This document shows positions 1 to 4,404 of a stretch of DNA of 4,404 bases, piece after piece. Below the pieces are notes generated by a model that saw only the letters and a list, made by a program, of their open reading frames with translations, was not told the DNA's origin and ran no database searches. The position numbers and the translations under genes are program-made. The stretch's first letter is position 1. The number at the start of each line of letters is the position of its first letter. Source of the DNA: a virus (Duplodnaviria; Heunggongvirae; Uroviricota; Caudoviricetes); IMG/VR virus record IMGVR_UViG_2541047913_000003; one strand, given 5' to 3'.

Positions 1-524
1 CGGGGCGGCAGATTATCCAGAATCACCGACGCCAGGAACTGCGAGGTGGTCTTGCCGTTAATGGTGACATCCTTTTCCGTCATCCATTTACCACCACGCT
101 CAAGCTGAATCAGCAGGCGGACAGACGTCGGGTTACGGTCACCCTTTGACGTGGTCTGCACCAGTGACTGCACCCCGAAGGTAACCCGCAGGCGGTCAAT
201 GTTCGCTGACGTAATGGTGCGCGTCACCGGTTTTGCCTTCGTCACTTCCACGCCCAGTACAGTTTCAGCTCCGGAGGACTCAAAGCCTTCCGGTGGTGTC
301 TGCTCCTGCTCCCCGGCACGCCAGACCGCGGTCACACCGTGTATCACGGGATTACCGTCCGTGTCCGTCAGCGGGGTTTTGTTCACCAGAATACTCTGCA
401 GGCCTTTCACCGGACCTTCAATGGGTCCCTCACCAATCGCATCAATCACGCTCATCATCTGCGTGGATTTGAGATTATCCTTCGCCTCACGCGGTGTGTG
501 CCCCTTGCCGCCCCCTTTACCCAC
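1..524 (-). CDS. J: Central tail fibre / host specificity protein J, N-terminal 174 codons (3' end runs off the window at position 1)
   Basis: Hand translation of the minus strand from 524 gives VGKGGGKGHTPREAKDNLKSTQMMSVIDAIGEGPIEGPVKGLQ...RLLIQLERGGKWMTEKDVTINGKTTSQFLASVILDNLPP with no stop to the window edge. This closely matches the lambda gpJ N-terminus as I recall it (MGKGSSKGHTPREAKDNLKSTQLLSVIDAISEGPIEGPVDGLK...). The start is GTG at 522..524, preceded by a purine-rich SD-like GGAGAGGGGGA. It is absent from the ORF track because it has a non-ATG start and no in-window stop. Confidence 0.85.
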   Translation of the reverse strand, partial: MGKGGGKGHTPREAKDNLKSTQMMSVIDAIGEGPIEGPVKGLQSILVNKTPLTDTDGNPVIHGVTAVWRAGEQEQTPPEGFESSGAETVLGVEVTKAKPVTRTITSANIDRLRVTFGVQSLVQTTSKGDRNPTSVRLLIQLERGGKWMTEKDVTINGKTTSQFLASVILDNLPP

Positions 525-566
525 TCTGTCCCCCTCTCCTGTCTGATGTCTGAATCTGTTTATGCC

Positions 567-599
567 CAAAAAACAACAGGCACCCCGGAGGATGCCTGT
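567..599 (-). terminator. Intrinsic (rho-independent) terminator-like hairpin plus U-tract on the minus strand, between the small ORF and the J start
   Basis: Minus-strand sequence ACAGGCA-TCCTCCGGGG-TGCCTGT: a perfect 7-bp stem (plus coords 576..582 pairing with 593..599) with a 10-nt loop, followed on the minus strand by UGUUUUUU (plus 568..575). On the plus strand the same hairpin has no T-run after it, so it is directional. Confidence 0.55.
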
Positions 600-600
600 A

Positions 601-696
601 TCATGACTGAATAAAAATTCTGAATATCTTCACATTTTCACAAACTGACTGTGGCGCGTATAATTTCGCTGCGTTAGTGTTTTTTTGCCGTGACAT
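601..696 (-). CDS. Hypothetical small protein, 31 aa (MSRQKNTNAAKLYAPQSVCENVKIFRIFIQS), moron-like ORF in the I-J intergenic region
   Basis: ATG at 694..696 lies 10 nt downstream of a consensus SD AAGGAG (plus 707..712, reverse complement). The 31 codons end in a TGA stop at 601..603, one nucleotide before the minus-strand terminator hairpin at 567..599. It is below the size cutoff of the ORF track and I recognise no homolog; composition is AT-rich, unlike the flanking tail genes. Confidence 0.35.
   Translation of the reverse strand: MSRQKNTNAAKLYAPQSVCENVKIFRIFIQS
637..664 (+). promoter_or_regulatory. Sigma70-like promoter on the plus strand, antisense to the tail operon (-35 TTCACA 637..642, 16-bp spacer, -10 TATAAT 659..664)
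   Basis: Read directly: TTCACAaactgactgtggcgcgTATAAT. The -10 is a perfect consensus and the -35 matches 5 of 6 to TTGACA. The predicted start is about 671. It lies in AT-rich non-coding DNA and faces a plus-strand terminator about 100 nt downstream. Confidence 0.45.
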
Positions 697-776
697 AAAA
701 AAACAACTCCTTAACACTAATCTTCATTTGTCTGAATCTCCCGCAGCTCCGCAACTCTGCGGGATTTTTTTTATTC
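671..776 (+). ncRNA. Candidate small RNA of about 105 nt on the plus strand (predicted promoter to intrinsic terminator); function unknown
   Basis: The interval between the predicted promoter and the plus-strand terminator has no ATG on the plus strand. Its architecture is typical of an Hfq-type sRNA: a 5' A/U hairpin (678..686 pairing with 697..705), an unstructured C/A-rich stretch (about 706..738, AACUCCUUAACACUAAUCUUCAUUUGUCUGAAUCU), then a GC stem and long U-tail. The 5' end is inferred, not observed. Confidence 0.35.
739..776 (+). terminator. Intrinsic (rho-independent) terminator on the plus strand, abutting the I stop codon
   Basis: TCCCGCAG (739..746) and CTGCGGGA (757..764) form a perfect 8-bp GC-rich stem with a 10-nt loop, followed immediately by TTTTTTTT (765..772) and then ATTCTTTT. 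On the minus strand the hairpin is preceded by the A-run and followed by no U-run, so it should terminate plus-strand transcripts only. Confidence 0.65.
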
Positions 777-779
777 TTT

Positions 780-1460
780 TTACCCCTGCCGCCCGATAAC
801 CACGACCTTTCCGCCCCCGCCTTCATCACGGGTACTGATGTCCTGGGATATACGGCGGGAGCCAACCAGCATTTCCCCGTAAGGCACCGGCATCGGGTTG
901 CCCTGGGCAATCATGTTGTCCAGTGAGGAAAAGTACGTGTTCTGTTTACCGTTATCCGTTGCCCGGTAATCCGGTGTTTTTGCCTTCGGGGCCAGCATCT
1001 GGGCCACACCGCCCAGAATCATGCTGGCTCCAAGTGAAAACAGCATCGTGGTGGCAGAAAAACCACCGGCTGCCAGGGCTGAACCCCATAACGCCATCGA
1101 GGCTCCGGCCGTGATGAACGACCCCACGATGGCCGCCGCCCCCAGCACAATCTGCAGTCCGCCCTTTCCGGCACCGGCCAGTCGCGGCACAATGTGGATG
1201 ACCGTTCCCTCACCCAGCTGTTCGTGAAGACGGGCGTACACCGCCTCCGGTGCCGTGTCCTCACCGGCAATACGTATCTGGTACCAGCCTTCGTTCATCT
1301 GACGGCGGAATCCGGGCACCTGTAACGACAGCGCCCGGATGGCTTCCGCTGCCGTGTTCACATACAGGCTGAGGCGGCGGCCAAATCGTTGTAAATCCCC
1401 GTGAAGGCAGATGCGTGCCAGTGGCGGTGACGCCAGACAGAATGCGTTCGTCGTTGCCAT
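780..1460 (-). CDS. I: Tail tip assembly protein I (226 aa)
   Basis: The ORF-track protein MATTNAFCLASPPLARICLHGDLQRFGRR...DNGKQNTYFSSLDNMIAQGNPMPVPYGEMLVGSRRISQDISTRDEGGGGKVVVIGRQG is collinear with lambda gpI as I recall it (223 aa), including the ARICLxGDLQRFGRR and NGKQNTYFSSLDNM blocks and the Gly/Ala-rich central segment. The position between K and J is correct. Stop TAA at 780..782. Confidence 0.9.
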   Translation of the reverse strand: MATTNAFCLASPPLARICLHGDLQRFGRRLSLYVNTAAEAIRALSLQVPGFRRQMNEGWYQIRIAGEDTAPEAVYARLHEQLGEGTVIHIVPRLAGAGKGGLQIVLGAAAIVGSFITAGASMALWGSALAAGGFSATTMLFSLGASMILGGVAQMLAPKAKTPDYRATDNGKQNTYFSSLDNMIAQGNPMPVPYGEMLVGSRRISQDISTRDEGGGGKVVVIGRQG

Positions 1461-2101
1461 TTTTCGGAATACCTCTCCCGTTTACTCAGTTGTTCAGGCA
1501 GATGGTGAAGCAGCTCACCGTTGCCACAGTAAATGGCGGCATGGTTCGGTACCGAAGCACCAAAGCAGCACAGCAGCACATCGCCCGGTTGTGCTGATGA
1601 CAACGGCACCTGATACAGCCCTGTGGCCTCCAGATTATCCAGGTACAGGTTCTGGCCGTTGCGCCACCAGTCATCCTCGCGATGAAAATCCGGCATATCA
1701 ATGCCTGCCAGATGGTATGCATCCCGGAACAGGGTGTAACAGTCCGTCACCCCGTGCGCAAAACGTCGCCCGGTCAGGTGTGGCACACAGCGGAATTTGT
1801 GAATGTCACCCCGGCTGACCAGCCACCAGGGCAGTGCGCTTTTTATCTGCAGCCGCCGGTCAGCCTCGCTCAGCCAGGGCAGACCACCGGGATGACTGTG
1901 GACCAGTGCCACAATCTCCCCCTGCATCTCTGCCCGCAGCCAGTCTTCCGGTGCGATACGAAAATACGTCTCCGGCTCTGCGGAAATATTCACACAAGGG
2001 ATATACCACTCCCCCTCCGGCGTGCTTATCACGAAGCCGCACGACTCCGCAGGCGCACACCGCCGGGCATGCGCCAGAATCGCTGATTCAGTCTGTGTCA
2101 T
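1358..2101 (-). CDS. K: Tail tip assembly protein K (247 aa) with N-terminal JAMM/MPN-type metalloprotease motif and C-terminal NlpC/P60-type domain
   Basis: Frame of ORF 1358..2362, with the start placed at the ATG at 2099..2101 (MTQTESAILAHARRC...), 10 nt after the L stop. Further upstream ATGs would overlap L extensively. Contains the JAMM signature HSHPGGLPWLSEAD (H-x-H-x7-S-x2-D) with an upstream Glu (ESCGF), and a C-terminal half with conserved Cys (GVTDCYTLF) and His (VPNHAAIY) typical of NlpC/P60. The last 103 nt overlap the start of I out of frame, as I recall for lambda K/I. Confidence 0.8.
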   Translation of the reverse strand: MTQTESAILAHARRCAPAESCGFVISTPEGEWYIPCVNISAEPETYFRIAPEDWLRAEMQGEIVALVHSHPGGLPWLSEADRRLQIKSALPWWLVSRGDIHKFRCVPHLTGRRFAHGVTDCYTLFRDAYHLAGIDMPDFHREDDWWRNGQNLYLDNLEATGLYQVPLSSAQPGDVLLCCFGASVPNHAAIYCGNGELLHHLPEQLSKRERYSEKWQRRTHSVWRHRHWHASAFTGIYNDLAAASACM

Positions 2102-2111
2102 AAACCGGGAT

Positions 2112-2810
2112 TTACTGCGAAAGTTTATTAATGGAAAGGAAACCGCCAAAATTGCCGACATTCCTGCGCAGTTCACACCCGCGCATGCACTTGCTGCATC
2201 TGTCCTTACGGATATCCGTGGTGGGTTTATCGAACTCATCCGCCACAGCCCCGCCCGTGTAACCACACTCATCAGAGCGGTAGGTCCACATACAGGTGTT
2301 CGCCAGCATGATACGACCGGGAAACAGCGCCCCGTCCGTCTCGGTCGGTGTGGCCAGCACAAACGAGGCCGTCATGGCTGTCAGCTGCGACATCTGCTCC
2401 ACCACCCAGCGGTCACTCAGCTCCTGCTCCGGGTCCGCTTCCGGATTGCCCGCAACGAAATTCACCGCATCCAGAAAACGGGCATACACCCGGCGGCGGA
2501 CCACCGTGGCCCCCACCAGGCTCTGCAAATCCTCCGCCATTCCGGTGACAAGGCCGAAAAGATTGGACACCGTCAGCGACGGGCGGGCACTGCTGCCCTT
2601 TCCGTTCATCTCAAAGCCACTCCCCTCAATCGGGTACGCCTGATATTGCCGCCCCTGCCAGGTGACCGGCTCCCCTTTTTCATTCAGCTCATTGCAGAAA
2701 AAATACCGCTCACCGCCCTGTACCGTCAGGTCGATTTCCCAGAGCACCACCCGCGGTGACTGCTCTGATTTAACCGACTCGTTCAGACTTTCTTCGTGAA
2801 TATCCTGCAT
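2112..2810 (-). CDS. L: Tail tip assembly protein L (232 aa)
   Basis: The ORF-track protein MQDIHEESLNE...VVLWEIDLT...GGERYFFCNE.NEKGEPVTWQGRQYQ...GRIMLANTC.WTYR.DECGY...KCSKC...NVGNFGGFLSINKLSQ matches lambda gpL as I recall it along its length, including the Cys-rich C-terminal region, and has the same length. Its ATG at 2808..2810 overlaps the M stop codon by one nucleotide (TGATG). Confidence 0.9.
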   Translation of the reverse strand: MQDIHEESLNESVKSEQSPRVVLWEIDLTVQGGERYFFCNELNEKGEPVTWQGRQYQAYPIEGSGFEMNGKGSSARPSLTVSNLFGLVTGMAEDLQSLVGATVVRRRVYARFLDAVNFVAGNPEADPEQELSDRWVVEQMSQLTAMTASFVLATPTETDGALFPGRIMLANTCMWTYRSDECGYTGGAVADEFDKPTTDIRKDRCSKCMRGCELRRNVGNFGGFLSINKLSQ

Positions 2811-3139
2811 CAGTTCACCACCTGCTTAAACTCCGCGCTGAACTCAACGCGCAACATCCCGACCCGCGCAGACCACCCGGCACAGGTCACCTTTATCTGC
2901 CGGTATGCATAGGGTGGCTTCCACAAAAATGCCTTCCAGCCACCGTGCTCTGCCAGGAACGCTTCCAGATGACGGGCCTCCTCCCGGGTCACGGAAAGCA
3001 TCACCCGGTATGTTTTCAGGTCAGCATTCAGCCCTGCCGCCATACGCTGTGAGTACCCGTCACCAAAACGCACTTCACGCACCGATGGCTGCGAGTTCAC
3101 CTCCATATCCGGTTTCACTTTCCAGCGAAAGGTTTTCAT
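2810..3139 (-). CDS. M: Tail tip assembly protein M (109 aa)
   Basis: The ORF-track protein MKTFRWKVKP...VRFGDGYSQR...LKTY.V.LSV.REEA..LE.FL.EHGGWK.FLW.PPY..RQIKVTCA.WS.RV.MLRVEFSAEF.QVVN matches lambda gpM as I recall it and has the same length. Its ATG overlaps the H stop codon (ATGA), the lambda H/M junction arrangement. Confidence 0.9.
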   Translation of the reverse strand: MKTFRWKVKPDMEVNSQPSVREVRFGDGYSQRMAAGLNADLKTYRVMLSVTREEARHLEAFLAEHGGWKAFLWKPPYAYRQIKVTCAGWSARVGMLRVEFSAEFKQVVN

Positions 3140-4404
3140 CGCCCGCTCCCCGATAACAGACCGCCATCACGCAACTGCAGCCGGAGCTCATCCTGCGCAC
3201 CTTTACGGGCCATCTCATACACCGCTTTCATCAGCTGCGGCCCGGCCTGTCCGTTGATGCCGTCGTTCTGAATCACCACGTGATTGTTCTGATTAAAATT
3301 AATGCCTTCGGCCCGCCGCATCTGCGCCGGACTTCCGGCAGCACCCACATACCCCCCTTCCGCATAGCCCCGCATCAGGCGGTACAGGTTCCCGACACCA
3401 ATCCGGCTGGTTGCCTCCTTCGTGAAGACAAACTCCCCGCGGTGGACAATCCCCGCTGGCTCATATTTGCCACCGGTTCCCGTAAATCCCCCGGTCGCGA
3501 AATGGAAGTTCGCCGCCGCAGCCTGAATGGCCGTCCCCGTGGAAGCGGATGCGCCACCACCGAAAGCACCACCAATGGCGCTGCCGATACGCCCGACAAT
3601 CCTCACCATCGCCTGCTTCAGAAAAATCTCTGTCAGCATGGAGAGCACGGAACGGGTGAAACCACGCCAGTTCTGTTCGCTGCCGGTCAGCATCGCTGCC
3701 ATATTCTGTGCAATACCGTCAAAGGTCTGCGTGGCCGCGCTTTTAACCTGCGAAAAACTGTCCGTCGCACTTTCCGCCCACTCGCCCCAGCCGGACTTCA
3801 GACCCGCCATCCAGCTTCCACGAAGCTGCTCCTCCGCAGACCAGGTGTTCTTCAGTGCAGATGTGGCCTTCGCCAGCGCATCCGGATTATCACCGTACAC
3901 GTCACGAAGGCGCTGCTCTTCCGACTCCCGCTGCGCCTGACGGTCGGTGAGGCCGCGGGCTTTTGCGCTGATGGCGGCCTGCTTCGCGCTCTGCTGCTGT
4001 TCAAACCGCGCCGCCTGCTGTGCCAGCTCATTCAGCCGTTTCTGGTGTTCAACCTTGTCGCCCAGGTCAGCCAGCTGGCGTTTGTACTCCAGCGTCTCTT
4101 TCTCATGGGCCAGCAGGGATTTTTCCTGCTCAGATAACTGCCGTTTCGTGGCGGCCTCTTTCAGGACCACATACTGATTTTCCGCTTTCCATAAATCCCG
4201 GCGCTGCTGGCTGATTTTTTCATTCGCACCGGCATGCTTTTCCAGCGTCAGGAGCTCGGTTTCAAGCGCCAGCATGGCTGCATGCGCCCGGTCTTCCTGG
4301 CGCTCACCGGCAGACACCTTCACACCGGACGGCTTTTTCTGCGTCGACTCATAATCCTTTTTTGCCGACGCCATCAGCGTGTTGTAATCCGCCTGCAGGA
4401 TTTT
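3136..4404 (-). CDS. H: Tail tape measure protein H, C-terminal 422 codons (5' end is beyond the window at 4404)
   Basis: The frame is open from the window edge to the TGA stop at 3136..3138; the ORF track shows only the part from an internal Met at 4374. The protein has a long charged, coiled-coil-like segment (QQRRDLWKAENQ...EQEKSLLAHEKETLEYKRQLADLGDKVEHQKRLNELAQQAARFEQQQ), a Gly/Ala-rich segment (GRIGSAIGGAFGGGASASTGTAIQAAAANFHFATGGFTGTGG) and a conserved C-terminal region, consistent with lambda-family tape measure proteins. It sits immediately upstream of M. Confidence 0.9.
   Translation of the reverse strand, partial: KILQADYNTLMASAKKDYESTQKKPSGVKVSAGERQEDRAHAAMLALETELLTLEKHAGANEKISQQRRDLWKAENQYVVLKEAATKRQLSEQEKSLLAHEKETLEYKRQLADLGDKVEHQKRLNELAQQAARFEQQQSAKQAAISAKARGLTDRQAQRESEEQRLRDVYGDNPDALAKATSALKNTWSAEEQLRGSWMAGLKSGWGEWAESATDSFSQVKSAATQTFDGIAQNMAAMLTGSEQNWRGFTRSVLSMLTEIFLKQAMVRIVGRIGSAIGGAFGGGASASTGTAIQAAAANFHFATGGFTGTGGKYEPAGIVHRGEFVFTKEATSRIGVGNLYRLMRGYAEGGYVGAAGSPAQMRRAEGINFNQNNHVVIQNDGINGQAGPQLMKAVYEMARKGAQDELRLQLRDGGLLSGSGR

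Noticed and set aside
151-614. Three overlapping plus-strand ORFs (151..546, 233..472, 339..614; 79 to 131 aa)
   Set aside because: They lie antisense to the clearly homologous J coding sequence, occupy all three plus frames at once, and have low-complexity Pro/Ser/Arg-rich translations typical of spurious antisense ORFs in GC-rich coding DNA.
671-776. Possibility that the plus-strand candidate RNA encodes a peptide
   Set aside because: There is no ATG on the plus strand in this interval, and the only GTG codons are followed within a few codons by stops, so a non-coding role is more plausible.
674-910. Minus-strand 78-aa ORF overlapping the 3' end of I and extending into the intergenic insert
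   Set aside because: It is out of frame with I over most of its length, has no SD, and its tail ...KELFFYVTAKKH is simply the intergenic SD region read in another frame. The 31-codon ORF with a proper SD is a better candidate in this region.
1019-1270. ORFs of 63 to 83 aa on both strands inside the I gene (923..1114 +, 1021..1227 +, 1019..1270 -)
   Set aside because: They are fully contained within the well-supported I coding region, have Arg/Pro/Trp-rich low-complexity translations and no start signals; judged to be frame artefacts.
1411-2103. Plus-strand ORFs antisense to K (1411..1818, 1415..1597, 1682..2086, 1834..2103) and minus-strand ORFs 1486..1722 and 1860..2060
   Set aside because: They are antisense or out of frame relative to K, which carries recognisable JAMM and NlpC/P60 motifs. 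There is no independent evidence of coding.
2102-2362. N-terminal extension of the K frame back to the ATG at 2360..2362 (334-aa version)
   Set aside because: It would overlap the last 250 nt of L out of frame, and the extension is Cys/Arg/Pro-rich junk-like sequence. The ATG at 2099..2101 directly after the L stop fits the lambda arrangement.
2022-2759. Plus-strand 245-aa ORF (and 2296..2643, 2348..2548) antisense to L
   Set aside because: They are antisense to L, which is strongly supported. The translations are Arg/His/Pro-rich and low-complexity, the usual mirror-frame artefact.
2905-4214. Plus-strand ORFs antisense to M and H (2905..3156, 3280..4137, 3527..3940, 3947..4177, 4020..4214) and minus-strand 3375..3599
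   Set aside because: They are antisense or out of frame to the tape measure and M genes. The long 285-aa antisense ORF is expected by chance opposite a long GC-rich gene with biased codon usage.
1-4404. CRISPR arrays, tRNA or tmRNA genes, IS elements or inverted-repeat termini, and an attachment site
   Set aside because: No direct-repeat and spacer periodicity, no cloverleaf-like tRNA candidates, and no terminal inverted repeats or transposase-like ORFs were seen on reading. The window is internal to the tail operon, so an attachment site is not expected.

Overview
The window is the distal part of a lambda-like (lambdoid siphovirus) tail assembly module, probably a prophage in an enterobacterial genome. 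All genes are on the minus strand in the canonical lambda order: H (tape measure, 3' 422 codons; 5' end off-window), M, L, K, I, then J (central tail fibre, first 174 codons; 3' end off-window). Gene calls rest on my recognition of the translated proteins as close homologues of lambda gpH/M/L/K/I/J; no database search was run. M (109 aa) and L (232 aa) match the lambda lengths as I remember them, and the H-M, M-L and K-I junctions reproduce the lambda overlap pattern. The one part that does not look like lambda is an AT-rich I-J intergenic region of about 255 bp (525..779), where lambda has roughly 60 bp by my recollection. It carries a near-consensus sigma70-type promoter and a strong intrinsic terminator on the plus strand, bracketing a roughly 105-nt candidate small RNA. 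On the minus strand it carries a 31-codon ORF with a consensus Shine-Dalgarno, followed directly by a second intrinsic terminator just upstream of the GTG start of J. This moron-like insert is the best candidate for something undescribed; the rest is an ordinary, apparently intact tail operon. No tRNA, CRISPR array, IS element or attachment site was seen.
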